Below, in pieces: positions 41,689 through 54,674 of a stretch of DNA of 64,000 nucleotides. The position numbers and the translations under genes are program-made. The number at the start of each line of letters is the position of its first letter. Positions within the stretch are counted from its first letter, which is position 1. The notes beneath the pieces were generated by a model. It had not been told where the DNA came from. It saw only the letters and a program-made list of their open reading frames with translations, and did not search any database. Source of the DNA: Lytechinus pictus (lineage: Eukaryota); assembly GCF_037042905.1 (NCBI RefSeq), contig NC_087251.1, positions 33,234,001 through 33,298,000 on the forward strand, given 5' to 3'.

Positions 41689-42196
41689 GTAAGTATTTAA
41701 TTTCATATCCTTATTTTGAATATATGGTACATGACCAAAACGATACACTCTAGTTTAAATACGGCAGGGCTTGGCCCTTTGCCATACAGGTTCTATTATT
41801 ATTCAAAGTTAATGGAGAGTACAGTTAAAGGACCTTTCGGCAAAAGGTTTAATAATTGGTAGCCAAAAGCAGAAGTTCAGTCTTTCAGCATTTTCTCTGT
41901 ACTCTATACTTTGAAACAAATTGGGACTACACAAATAACATTTCACATTTTGCATTTGTTGAATCTTTTATCTACAATGACAGAGAGGTCTATACTTAAT
42001 AATGATGATGATGATATAAAATTTTGCATTAATACAGTGCTCTCTAGTTAGAATAATAATTATAATGTGTGTTTAATATTATCATTAGTTGCCTTAGGTT
42101 AGGCCAGCTTGGGGTAAATCCAGGCTATGTACATAATACTGCACTCGTTTTTTTTTCTCCGTTGCTTTGACTATTCACTGTATTTTTTTCTGACAG

Positions 42197-42277
42197 GGAG
42201 GCCTATCCTGATGTAGTTGTTACAGATGTACAGTTTGCTTATGACATAGCAAGACTCAAGAGGCTTGATACACAGAG
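42197..42277 (+). CDS. TMEM63: TMEM63 coding exon 8 (EAYPDVVVTDVQFAYDIARLKRLDTQR)
   Basis: ag/gtaa boundaries, phase-consistent, EAYP...V...AYD motif. Confidence 0.92.
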
Positions 42278-43602
42278 GTAATCAGTTCAGATATTTAGTT
42301 CATCCTCAGTCGGGCGTGTATGCGAAGGGAGGGGGGGTCAGGTGGTTCAACTCCCTTCTCCTTTTGCTTTGACAGTTTTGTGGGTTTTTTTTAACATAAT
42401 ATACATGTATGTATGCGAAAATACCATCTGGAATATGCACCAGAACACACTATTCCACATTAAAAAACAAGAAAATCTTGACACTCTTTTACCTTACAGG
42501 TGGTTTTCAGTCAACCCTCACAACCCCCCCCCCCCCTTGAAAAAATATGTTTGCCCTACATCATAATATATAGACTTGGATGGAAGATGACTTGTTTCCA
42601 TAAACCTTGCTTTGCAGAGTTGATCACTGTGTTATTTTTCATTTTCATGGATGCAATTATTGGCAGGAATAATTATTCAAACATTAATGACCTATTGCTT
42701 GCCACTGTGATCAAGATTTTTTCTTTAAATACTGATAACGAAGCCTGTAAAACATAATTTTCATTTAAATGATAAGTGGATTATGCTCAGCATTACAAAT
42801 TATCACATGAAATTGACATAACCCTTAGGTTAAATTTGATTCACCTTTGTGAATTCTGACCATATTGTATATCTTGATAGTCAATTTCACAAAGATATAC
42901 CCGTAACAAATCATGGTTTGTCAAAGTACATCTTTAAATTTAGACAGTTTTTTGATTGAGTGCAACTGTACTCTACAAAGGGGACTATACTCAAGGGAAA
43001 CGAAAGAAGTAATCATTCATATAAGCAATATGGATGGAATTGTTGATTTGTATTTTGGCAAGTAAATGGTCCTCAAAGCTATACAGTTGTTTACATGTAA
43101 ATGATAGTCTTCTGATCACTTGTTGTTGAGAGTTTGAATATTTTGAGGAAAACACATATTGCTTATTTTCTGAAAATGTGAATGAAAAGTATCTCTTAAT
43201 TGAATGATCGTAAGCCTTTATTTAGGAGTAAAGGCCTATTTAGTTATCAAATCGTACCCAATGGTATGACTGCTGTGACATCATTATGACTAGATATTAA
43301 ATTTTGCTTTTATTTTAATAAGGATGATGGCATAGTTACTGATTTGAACATAGGTATACTTACAATGATTTCAAACATTACACAGTAAGAGATTCCATGC
43401 CTCAATGTTAGCATCAAATTCTACTACTTTTTATTCCAAAATTGGGATCGTAGAGTAATCGTAAGGTGTGCGGTATCCTTCAGGTGCTATTAAAAGTCAG
43501 TTACCTAGGCATGGAAGGTATGTATCACTCAGCACAAGAAAGGTTTGCCAGTTATGTTTAAACTCTGTCAATTTTTGTTGTATATTGATTTGATCCTTGC
43601 AG

Positions 43603-43714
43603 ACGAGATGCTCATCTAAACAGGCTTCATTGTGAGAGGATATACCAGAGGACCACCCAGCGCCCCACCCTCAGACCTGGGACCTGTGGACAGCTGGGAT
43701 GTGGAGGGCCAAAG
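43603..43714 (+). CDS. TMEM63: TMEM63 coding exon 9 (RDAHLNRLHCERIYQRTTQRPTLRPGTCGQLGCGGPK)
   Basis: ccttgcag acceptor, gtattt donor, phase-consistent. Confidence 0.88.
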
Positions 43715-44595
43715 GTATTTGTTTGTTCTTAAGTGATACCTTTTGAGAAATTATTCATTAATTATAGTGATGGATGAGGAGCCCACAAAAGTGGTCTTTT
43801 TGTAAACTTCCTTTTGGTAAATGTATCTTCACCCATAAAATACTAACTAAGTTTTACTATGGCAAGGAAATAATATAGGAATTTAAGAGTACCATTTCTG
43901 TCTGAGTTGAGTTAAAAGGTATTGTAGTACAACCGGTGAATATGGGTACATTACTGTAGTTCATAAGCGATTTCCTTTTTCGGGTTTGTTTCTCCAAATT
44001 CCTTTCTTTTCCTCTTTGATTTTTCTCAACTATTTTTTCTCTCATTTGTTTTATCTTTCTCTACCTCTGTTATTCTTTCTTTCTCTAACTCTTAATCTGT
44101 TTTTTTTTCTGGTTTGTTTCTTAACATCAATTAAGTGTACTACTATAATTAGCAGTATAGGGAAGTTGGCTCTTTTGTCCAGACACAAGAGCAGATATAG
44201 GCATCATATTTTGCTCCAGGTTTCCCCAACACAAATACATCAAATAGCACCATTTTGTGTTTTGTATAATTGTCTGACCTGACTTCCAAACAATTTATTG
44301 AATATTGCTTGCAAAGTACTTGAAATTACCATCTTTTCTGGACAAGGGACACATCTGGTCGTAGGACACCTGGGCCTTGTCTTACAAAGAGTTACGATTG
44401 ATCTGATCAACTTCAACTATATGGAAATCCATCAATGTCATCATTTTTCTACAGGAAATTTGCACAATGTACTTTGTGAACAAAGATAAGCTCACCGAAT
44501 TGTCAAGAAAACGATGAATGTTTGAATATACATCATATCTAGGAATTAATTTGAATAAACTTGCATTTTAGATGTTGTTGTCGCTGGCTTTCCAT

Positions 44596-46321
44596 TTAGC
44601 CTGAGCCATATCGATTATTTTGAAAACCGGCGTTCGACAGCTTTAATTCGACCAAACATCGATGCATCCAATTTTGAAGGCAGGGAAAATCGAGCCAATT
44701 ATTTTTGCTCCGGCGCGGCCGTCGATGCACGCACTGCGACGGTATGCGCTTGGAGGGTAAGTGTTGCACAAGCAAATGACAGAGCAAAGTTTGTTTGTTC
44801 CATGATCACGAACACAAAAAAGGGAAAAAATATCTTAAACAATGATATTTGCAGATGACAACATATAAGTTTAAAATGAAACAATATTAAAGACATGAAT
44901 CACGCAGAATCGATCCAAATGATTTTCCGTCAACTAGCATTCGCAGTCCAGACACGCACACACTCACTCTCATGAAACGACAGGCGTGCTTGCCGGCAAA
45001 ACAAGTGCTCTACCAGCGGAGAGCACTGCCGCTGGTAGAGCACTGTAACTCGCCTGAGATGTAGTTGGATCCAAAATGAGCTCCTAATTGATGGGCATAA
45101 TATATCATACCTAATTTTCTCTGGATGGTCATTTGAATTGGTATTCAATGCTGATATAACGATTGTGAGAAAAGATTATGGAATATGAGTTATGACGATG
45201 TTCGAGAATTAATCCTGATTTGATTGATAATCCATTTTTGATTTTAGACACAAGTGAAGAGCATGCGGGGATCGAAATAAAAACAAATGTCTCGGATCAA
45301 CTCTAAATTTATATAAATTATTATTGGATGTTAAATACTTGTAATTACGATTTTTTTTAATTTTATGGCCATACTAAAAATATTGACAATGTCAGCAACG
45401 TATGTTATGTTCATATGGAAGTACCGGTATTAATACTGTCATTATCTTTATTTTTATTCCATCTTTATATCTAGAAGTCTCAGAGAAAAGAAGCACAATG
45501 CGCATGCGCTTTCGATGACGTATGACATATTTTCCATTCATGGATTCAGAGCCCAAAGTTGGGCACAAAAGCGCTTCAAATTGATGGAAAAAAATATCAA
45601 ACGTAATTTTCTCTGTTTTGTGATGTAACATTTTATTATATGGTGATATTACGATCATGAGAAGAGTTTATGCATATTGACAATGTTCGAGAATCAATCC
45701 TGACATGATAATTTTTTATGTAGACAAGTGCACTCACTCACGTTGATCGTAATGTGCTGTCCGTCATTAAAAATTGAAATGAAATACAAATGTTTCACAT
45801 CAAGCTCTAGATTCATGTTAATGATTATCATATGCAAATTATTGTGAAAATATTATGATTAAATAATGTTCTATGGTCATGATATTAATATTGTTCATGA
45901 AAGCAAGGTTTATTTTACGTTGATCCCGTCATTTTTCTGGTTTGATTAAAGCACAGTACTGCGCATGCGCGATCGATGGCAATGACTCCATTTATGAATT
46001 CATTGTGCATAAATTATCTCAGCACGCACAGACGAGTAAGACTCAAACTCTGAATGAAATAAACTTCAAACTAATGGTGAATAGGCATCACAATTACACA
46101 ATTGGTTTCATTTTGGGGGGAATATAATCAAGTAAGTAGTAGTTAAGTTAGACCGTACTGTTTATTTTGATGATTGTGTGAACCAAACGAAACGGCCTGC
46201 AGACGTTTACTTTGATCTTTTTTCTTTCTTTTTTTTCGATGCACCAATTTTGCAAAATCTGCACTGGCGCTTGATGACATCGATCAAACACCGATTTTAA
46301 AATCGATTCGACTCAGGCTTA
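44596..46321. mobile_element. Non-autonomous hAT-like element inserted into a MITE
   Basis: 8-bp TSD ctttccat (44588-95, 46322-29); TIR ttagcctgagccatatcgatt / taagcctgagtcgaatcgatt; host MITE halves at 44372-44595 and 46330-46376. Confidence 0.85.
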
Positions 46322-46440
46322 CTTTCCATAGTTGTGGTTGATCGGATCAATTGCAATTCTTTGTAAGACGGGGCCCCGGTTATATGCGTCTCAAACCATA
46401 TTTTGTAATGCATCCCAATGATCCTTCTCCTTGTCTGTAG

Positions 46441-46574
46441 GTAGATGCCATTGAGTACTATGGCAACGAGGAGGAGGCCCTCACTGTTACTGTTGCAGAG
46501 GAGAAGAGAAAGGCTCTGAAGAGCAACCTTGGTATGGCCTTTGTGTCAGTGCACAGCGAGACTATGGCTACAAA
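46441..46574 (+). CDS. TMEM63: TMEM63 coding exon 10 (VDAIEYY...LGMAFVSVHSETMATK)
   Basis: ctgtag acceptor, gtaagt donor, DAIEYY and GMAFV motifs. Confidence 0.95.
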
Positions 46575-46799
46575 GTAAGTTTCATAGGATCTGTTAAGAA
46601 CATCACACACTTTTTGAGTATGGATATAGTAAAATTGCTGGTTTTCTGATTTATAAAATGCAAATATTCTGTGTTTTTTGGTGACATATGTGTACAGATC
46701 ATTTGATCAGCAATGGATGACTGAATGAATGATTGAAGAAATTATTGAATGAAGTATTAAGTGCTTGCAGGTATGAATGAGTGGATGATAATAATATAT

Positions 46800-47037
46800 A
46801 GTATTTATGAGGCACCAATTATCTAGCTGGCTATTCAAAAGCACACTATATACTACTCCAGCTTTAGCTCCAGCTGCTAAAGGTGCTTGGTGCATTCAAG
46901 GAATTAATCCTGCTGGGTACCCTGTCACCTCACCCGGGTTGAGTGCAGCACAATGTGGATCAAATTCTTGCTGAAGGAAATTATGCCATGGCTGGGATTC
47001 AAATCTAGGACCTTTTGTTTCAAAGTCCGGAGACTAA
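46800..47037 (-). mobile_element. tRNA-derived SINE (same family as 6599-6896) within (GAAT)n-rich DNA
   Basis: Shares gcattcaaggaattaatcctgc...cacctcacc...gggttga...ttcttgctgaaggaaatta with the 6.7-kb copy. Confidence 0.75.
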
Positions 47038-47330
47038 TGGATGGGTGGATAGATGAATGGATGAATAATTTCATTTTTTAATAAGGTCATGCATTCATAC
47101 CCATAAAATGAATAAGTTTCTATGTAAATGAGGGAATTATCTAATAAATACATGCACAAATAAATAATGAATGGAATCAATATATGAATGTGTAAATACA
47201 TATTTCATTAGATAATTGATTGAATGTGTAAATAAATGAACAGATAAGAAAATGAATGTATTGATAAATTGATGAATAAATGAATAAGAATATATGAATA
47301 ATGAACAAATATTGATTTGTTGTTATTCAG

Positions 47331-47450
47331 GATTGTGACTGATTATGCAACCCTAAAGACTGGTCCACCTACAGTATCCAGTGTTAGCAGACAGTTACAT
47401 TCTACTGTATGGGAAGTAGACTTCGCTCCCAAACCTGATGACATCATCTG
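47331..47450 (+). CDS. TMEM63: TMEM63 coding exon 11 (IVTDYATLK...VWEVDFAPKPDDIIW)
   Basis: tattcag acceptor, gtgaga donor, W-x-V-x-x-AP-x-P-x-DIIW motif. Confidence 0.95.
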
Positions 47451-48267
47451 GTGAGATATTCTAATTCATTTGTAGACCCATCCAAGATTGTGAAATTCCT
47501 TTTTTATGTTGGACATCCCCCCCCCCTTTTTTTTTTTGCTGTTGTGATTTCCTTTTTTTTGGTTGTACAAGGATGGCAGCTTTGATATAAATTAGCTTCT
47601 CAATTTCATAAAACTTGTTATTTGAAAGAATACTGAAAGTTTATGACAGGTTTTGCTCTGCATCTAACTAATTAAACCCAATCAGTAGCTTTTAACAGTA
47701 GCTTGTTACCTTCTATAAAAACATGATGATCTTTTACAAATGTGTGCTTAGATAACCCAGGAGGAGTTTTAAATTGCATAGTAGTTCAAATTCTTGTGTG
47801 AACTTTGATTCTTACAATCAGTATGACTTTCGATTGAATATTAGTTTAGCAGCTGACTGAGTTGACCAATTCTTAGGCAGGTTAAAGAAAACAAACAAAA
47901 AAACAACTGGTCTTTTCAAACATGTAATCATGCTCTTGCTTTCAGTATTGTTTGACTTCTTCATATATTTTTTAAAACCCCCTGTCTAATAAAAGTTGAC
48001 ATTTTTGTAATGTAGTTGAACAAATTTCTACTTCAACTTCGATTTTTTTTTTAATACTTTAAATACTCCAATAAGGTTAGCATAATTCAATAATAGTGTA
48101 AAATGATAAATTCTATGATCATCTCGTCAAAATTAACCCTTTCCCTCATCATTCCCTGTCTTACACACATGGGAACTTAGCAATTTAGTATTCTTTTGAT
48201 TAATTCTTCAGAAAGGTTTAATGTTGACATTTTGAGTATATATTTCCCTTTTTTTTAATTTTTACAG

Positions 48268-48326
48268 GGAAAATCTGTCCATCAGTCCATATGTATGGTG
48301 GCTCAGTGTCATCTTAATCAACATTG
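48268..48326 (+). CDS. TMEM63: TMEM63 coding exon 12 (ENLSISPYVWWLSVILINI)
   Basis: tttacag acceptor, gtaagt donor; completes the WENL motif. Confidence 0.92.
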
Positions 48327-48628
48327 GTAAGTTTGTTGTTTAATTGAATACTTCATTAGGCATGCCAACACCATCCTATGTTTCATATACAGTGCATCCT
48401 AGGAAAAACATAAACCCATTTTCAGAGATAAATATGAATATTAAAACTTTCTTAATTACAAATGAGATGCTAAAAATGAGAGTGAAATCTCTTCTCCGGT
48501 TTGAAACCAAATGCATCGTAAATCGTTCACTTATTATGGGTACAAGCAATATAAACTGAGGTATGTCAGAAATAATTTGCTCCAAAACTTAATCAACTCT
48601 TTAAGAAGAGTTGAAGAAACTTAGCAAA

Positions 48629-48799
48629 TGTTATGTTCTTGTGTTGTGGTTCTTAAAGGGATACATAATAATGAGATAATAGCACAGCGATGTAGAGTAG
48701 TGTCTGCCATTTAATGTTACGCCATCTTGCTGTCTCTCGCGCATGCGTACAAGGCTGCACATGAAGCTTGCGTCGTTAGTCTTCAGTTCATACATCACA
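48629..48799 (-). repeat. 3' LTR (171 bp)
   Basis: Direct repeat of 58593-58763, no difference seen by eye. Confidence 0.95.
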
Positions 48800-48812
48800 T
48801 TCCTCCCCTTTT
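48800..48812 (-). promoter_or_regulatory. Polypurine tract
   Basis: aaaaggggaggaa on the minus strand, abutting the 3' LTR. Confidence 0.9.
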
Positions 48813-49674
48813 AATTGGGAGCATATCCTGCTTCATTTCAACTGGCTAATGTAATACATTCACTACCCATGTATAACAATAGATACAACAAGTAACACTG
48901 TATAACTTGTAACCAGATAACAGTAATACTAAACTAGGCATGCTAGGCTAAACTTCGCCATAATACTTTGCTTACTCAACAATTAACCATAATCAATTAA
49001 ACATACATGGCTATTTCAAACTAACCTCTTTGAATATACTTCATCCTAAATCTCACTTTATAAAGAAATAGCTACAGGTGGCATTTTACTTCATTGGGTT
49101 ATCTGTTAATTGTTCACTAGCATAAACTGTGTGACTCTTATCACATGAATCAAATAATAATGTAATCCTTAAGACTATATCATATACTAAACCTTATCAA
49201 TAAGTTTGCATAAATGTGTTTGCATCAATGAATAATGTCTCGTGAATGACTCCAAATACAATTTTCACGACTCATATAACGGCTAAAATCTAAATCTCAG
49301 ACTAGTTTACTATATACAATGCGAGTTATGTGCTTTTCATATTTCTCCAATAAACAAACTTTCAAGATTACAACACTTGTGATTGTCATTATTTTCCTCC
49401 ATATCAAATTTAAAGGTAACACTTTTTCTCTACCTATAGAACTTCATTCTTCTCTCCACCCTCTATTTTTTTTTTTTAATCATTCAACTATCAAATTGAA
49501 TTACCAATTTATAACATACCTCTTTCCTTTTCTTTACAAATTAGTATCAATACCAACTAGAAGCCTTCTAACGTGGCTATAAGTGTTTATCCTAACTGTA
49601 TGTCCAACAACTATTTACAATCAGGTTAACAGCTTTTTTCCTTTTTTTTTTTTTAGCTGCTATTGTGTATAGCT

Positions 49675-51294
49675 TTAATGATATACAATGAAATCTCTTA
49701 ACTTTGAGGGTGTCTTTGACTTCCGGTTGGACATTCGTCTTTCTGACATAACTTTAGAATTTGGCATGTTTGGCATGACAGCTCCATCAGAATCACTTAG
49801 TGACTCTGTTTGGACCTGCTGTGACATGGCTGTAGTATCAGCGATACTCTGTTCAGTGTTTGAAATTAAGGATTCGCTAGTACTAGGTGCCATATTGGGA
49901 TTTTCTGTTGTCTGGCTTGGATACTGCGTCTGTTGAATCAGAATCTCTGGTTGTAGATTGGTGTTCTGATCAGGCATTTCTTCCTTGTCATGATCATTTC
50001 CATGCGATAGAGTGTAAAGTCTAATGTGATCCACATGGCGGCGTACCTCTCTACCATCCTGTAACTCTATCACGTACATGACTTCATTGAGTGTTTCGGT
50101 TACTATTCCTCTGAGCCAAGTTGGTCCGGCTGCAAAGTTCTTCACCAGAACAGTATCATTCAACTTGAACTGTCTCATCTTTGAGCGCTTGTCTGCCGCC
50201 TGTTTCATTGCAGATTGCTGCTTCTGAACCGACTTGTGCAGGTTCGGACGGACATGATCCATTCTACTTCTGATCCTCCTTTTGAACATTAGCTCACTTG
50301 GTGTTTTCATGGTAGTTCCTTGTGGAGTTATCCGATAGGTCATTAGGAATACTTGGATGCGCATCTCCAATGATGTTCCACTGGTTTTCTTAACTCCACT
50401 TTTCAAGGTTTGCACAGCCCTTTCAGCAAGGCCATTGCTGGAAGGGTGTTTTGGGGCTGTTTGCACATGTTCTACATTGTTGTTGAACAGGAAGTTCGAA
50501 AAGTCTTCAGAGACAAACTGGGTGCCGTTGTCACTTACGACTGTTTCTGGAATACCATACGTTGCAAACAGGCGTCGCATGGCAGTGACTGTAGCAGCTG
50601 CAGTGGCGTGTGCTACTCTAATAGCTTCAATCTACTTGGTGTATGCGTCAACAACAATCAGCACGTTCTGGTTATCGATGTAGGCGTAATCGATGTGGAT
50701 CCTACTCCAGGGTCGTTCTGGGAACTCCCATGGGTGGATAGGGGCAGGTGGTGGGCTTCGCTGGTGCTCCTGACAAGTTGTACAGATCTTCACCTTCTCT
50801 TCCAACATTTTGTCGATGCCTGGCCACCATACAAAGGATCGTGCAAGTGCTTTCATCTTGACTATGCCTGGATGAGTCCCATGAAGTTCATCTAGGATCC
50901 TTTGTCTCATCTGCTTGTTGTCTGGAATGACCACTCTATGCCCCCATAATATGATGTCATCCTCAATCGAGAGTTCCTCCTTCTTCTGCGCAAAGGCTTT
51001 GAGCTCTAGTGGAACGTTCTTGGGGTTTGGCCATCCATTCATCACATAGGCTGTTACTCTTGCGAGAACAGGATCCCTTTTGGTGATTCTTCTGACTTCA
51101 TCGGCCTCAACTGGTCTTGTGTCAATATCCAGCATGTTGATTTGAACTGGCGGCTGCTCATCCAGCTCTGCAAGACTCTGATGCGACCACACTGTTTGAT
51201 CATCTGCCAAGGGTAGGCGTGAAAGGGCGTCTGCATTCTGGTGCTGTTTACCTTCCTTGTATATGATGTCATAGTCGTAGGCTGAGAGGATCAT
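49675..51294 (-). pseudogene. Gypsy RNase H C-terminus and integrase, interrupted by an in-frame TAG at 50632-50634
   Basis: NADALSR, HGTHPG...CTTC (HHCC), RIHIDY, VSDNG, SNGLAER; ORFs 50632..51294 and 49675..50580 share a frame. Confidence 0.93.
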
Positions 51295-51650
51295 GTGCCC
51301 TGGCTAACCGTGCAGAGGCCATGGGGCTTGCAGGTTTGGTGTCACCGAATATGCCTAACAGCGGCTTGTGGTCTGTGATGATTGTAAATCGTCTTCCGTA
51401 CAGGTACTTGTGAAATTTCTTTACACCGAAAATGACAGAGAGTCCTTCTTTTTCATATTGGGCGTAATTTGCTTCACTTCTGGTGAGCGTGCGTGATGCA
51501 AATGAAATGGGCTGCTCTAGACCGTCTGTTCCTACATGGCTGAGGACTACACCTAGACCATAGGGGCTTGCATCACATTGCAACAACAAAGGCTTACTGG
51601 GGTCGTAGTGTGTCAACACTGTGTCACTCTGAACCAGTTCCTTTGACTTC
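51290..51650 (-). pseudogene. Gypsy RT connection and RNase H segment downstream of the DNA-transposon insertion
   Basis: [32 protein letters not shown]; frameshift at about 51297. Confidence 0.93.
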
Positions 51651-54600
51651 TAGTCGATTTGACACTTTCCTAACCTAGAAATGTTCTTTCCGATGAAGTT
51701 TTTTTCTTGATTCGTGTTCCTATGGGGTCCTAGAACAAATTCAGCTTGGTTGCCCAAAGTTGCCGTTTGGGCAATTTTGCTAATTTGCATAAATCCAAAA
51801 TGGCCGCCACATGCCCTCTTAAAAAACTAACTTTTGAACCCCTTGCCCTAAAATGATGAGGAAGAACTTCTTTATGGGTTAAGGTGTGTGTAGAATCTCT
51901 TTCTGCTTATCTATTTTGCAATATAAGGTCATTTTCAGGTCAAATTCAAGATGGCCGCCAGATGACGCCATCATAAATATTAACTTTTGAATCCTTTGCC
52001 CCAGAATCATGAATAATAACTTTATTCGTGAGTCATTTGGCATGTTGATTAAATTTTTGATGTAATTTTGCAATAAAGGATAATCTTCAGATCAAATCCA
52101 AGATGGCCGCCAAATGCCATCTTGAAAAGTTACTTACCGAGGCTTATAGTGTAAGAGCTTATGTAAGGGGATTTCAGTAAGAATACTCATTTCTTTTTAT
52201 TAATTCTCAATTTTTAGTTCAAGGGGAAGCCAGATCTGAGATGTTGTCAGACGTTCGAAATTAACTGCTCATCTTAGAATGAATCCTCGTTAGGTTTGGG
52301 CTATGATCAATATCGCGTGTACTTCTATTTCTTTTAATGTCCATCCATACTTTTGTACTGAAGAGGCTTTAAAGTCTTTTTTTAATTTAAAATTATTTTC
52401 TCCATATTTTTCCTAAATCAAAGTGTCCAATGATAGGTAGGCATCAGTTCGTCTAGGGTCGCTGGGGTTTACATTTTCGATAGTGGCTGTAGAGCTCCGC
52501 TCTATAGAGTGGCTGTCTCTAAAGCAAATTTGTACAGATGAAGGAGGATGACGCTGAGACAGGTTCAAATAGTGATGCTGCCCTAGCCTTCCTCCTTGAT
52601 CTTTGGCCTGCCAATGTAGCATTATGATTATTTTCTGACGTCTTGACCCCTGTACTTAGTAGCTCTCCATAGATGACGACTATCATCTACATCTTCAAAA
52701 GTGTTAGTGTTTATGCCGGCCAAGTTTAATGTCACGTTTGCAGGTGTGTTTATAACGGAGGTGTGATCTATCTGGGGACCAATCACATAGCTCATCTTAC
52801 ATTGGTGAATCCCTTCTAGAATTTGCCAAAGTTTCAGTCGGCGAACATGCCCCCAACCACTTGAGGCACCTTTCACTAAGGAGCGAGAATAAGCTGGTGA
52901 TGCCAGCATGCACGTACGCTGAAGGGCCTTATATTTTTCACTCTGTCCTGCCATTTCATGTGCGGGATACGTCCGAGGCAGCTGACATGGAAGGTGTTTA
53001 GCCGCTTTTTTTTTTATCGGCGTACGTTTTCGAGGACTTATTTCCGTTCAGGAGCTTGGCCATGGCTGTGACAGATATTCCCATCCTGGTGCTTGTCTCC
53101 TTGTCCAGTGAAAAAGAACTAGAGACAGATAGTCAATCCAAGGTAGGTGAGGAGTCCACCACAACCAGACAAGTGCGTGCTGTTGATAGAGATATCTGGA
53201 GGATAGTCAGTGTCTTGAGTCTATCAGGATTTCTGTCTTACAGGCTGATGGGTGATCCAAACTCCTTACATGCACAGGACAGGTGGCTGTATTACTAGGT
53301 CTTGTAGACCTACTCCCGCTTCTTTATGAAAGGTTGAAGAGTTTCCCATCTGCTCTGGTACGGATATACATGTAGATGCCTTCTGTGCATCCGTGAAATG
53401 CATACTGAGGAAGCATGAAGAAGATCCCAAATGAGAGTCAGGGCCAGGCGCAGCATAATTGCTTCACGCCACTGCTCACAGGAACTGAGGGAAGCTACCA
53501 GATGTTTCAGCATTGTAGCAAACTGTGCTCATGGAATGATGTGACCATGGATCAGTCTTGGGGGTTTATCTTCTACAGGAGGCTAAAACGTGCACTCGTG
53601 CTGACCAAGTCAAAGGTTTTTGTCAGGACGAAAAGTCCAATGATTATTATAAAGGAAGGTAATAAGTTAACCAATTATCTAAAAATACGGAGAAATCACT
53701 TTTTGATTAAAAAATAGTACTTTGAAGTCCTTTCAATAGAAAAATATGGCTGGACATAAAAAAATGATGAGAATTCCCGAAATGGTTCATAGCCAAAACC
53801 TTGAATGGTTTCATTCTAAGGTGAGCGATTAATGCCGAAATATATCAACCATCTGACCATCTGAGACCTGACTTGACCACTAAAAATGGAGAAATTAAAA
53901 GAAATGAATCATTCTTACTGAAATACCCTTACATGAGCTCCCACACATAATAGTAACCCTCTTTAGGATAGCGGGTACTTTTTGGGGAGAGTACTTCTTC
54001 AAGGTTCAAAGTTCGATAGTCTCGGGAAGTAGTTTTTTTTAATATGGCGTTTAGCGGCCATCTTTTTTTTTAATCTGAATGATCCTATATTTATTACCAG
54101 AAATGGAATCAACATATCAAATAACTCACGAAAAGAGGTATTATTCATGATTCGTGGACAAAGGGTTCAGAAGTTATTTTTTCAAAATGGCGTCATCTTG
54201 CCGCCATCTTGGATTTGAACCGAAGATGACATTATATTACAAAATAGATAGCAGAAAGAGATTCTACACACCCCAAAACCCCTAAACAGAGGTATTACTC
54301 GTCAATCTGGGGCAAGGGTATCAAAAGTCAATTTTTCAAGATGGCATCTGGCGGCCATCTTGGATTTGACCTGAAGATGACCTTATATTGCACAAATGAT
54401 AAAGAAATCGATTCTACACCCCCCTAAACCCATAAAAAGAGTATTTACTCATCACTTTGGGGCAAGGGGTTCAAAAGTTAAGTCTTTAAGATGGCATCTG
54501 GCGGCCATTTTGGATTTATGCAAATTAGCAAAATTGCCCAAACGGCAACTTTGGGCAACCAAGCTGAATTTGTTCTAGGACCCCATAAGAACACGATTCA

Positions 54601-54671
54601 AGAAAAAAACTTCATCGGAAAGAACATTTCTAGGTTGGTGTATTGAGCCTATGGGACTGTCAAATCGACTA
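51651..54671. mobile_element. Non-autonomous DNA transposon, Academ-like (TAGT...ACTA, 3-bp TSD, long modular TIRs)
   Basis: TIR tagtcgatttgaca at both ends; ttc at 51648-50 and 54672-74; removing it restores pol frame [20 protein letters not shown]; imperfect arms at about 51651-52412 and 53680-54671. Confidence 0.85.
52425..53635 (-). mobile_element. Heavily degenerate RTE-clade LINE 3' remnant inside the Academ-like element
   Basis: Frameshifted pieces LTKTFDLVS, PVSSGVKQ, IRTRADGKLFNL, TYLG, MKWQDRV, KWLGHVRR, HLRYKHTCKRDIK and a C-terminal Zn-finger relic; the (Y/F)ADD region is deleted. Confidence 0.85.
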
Positions 54672-54674
54672 TTC

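Noticed and set aside
48813..49674. env-like third ORF in the gypsy 3' region
   Set aside because: AT-rich with no long minus-strand ORF
52413..53717. Short ORFs as a transposase or novel gene inside the DNA transposon
   Set aside because: They are off-frame or antisense readings of the decayed RTE remnant; no transposase motifs seen
51651..54671. Tc1/mariner interpretation with TA as the TSD
   Set aside because: Treating TA as the duplication leaves 5 extra bases and does not restore the pol frame; the TTC duplication does
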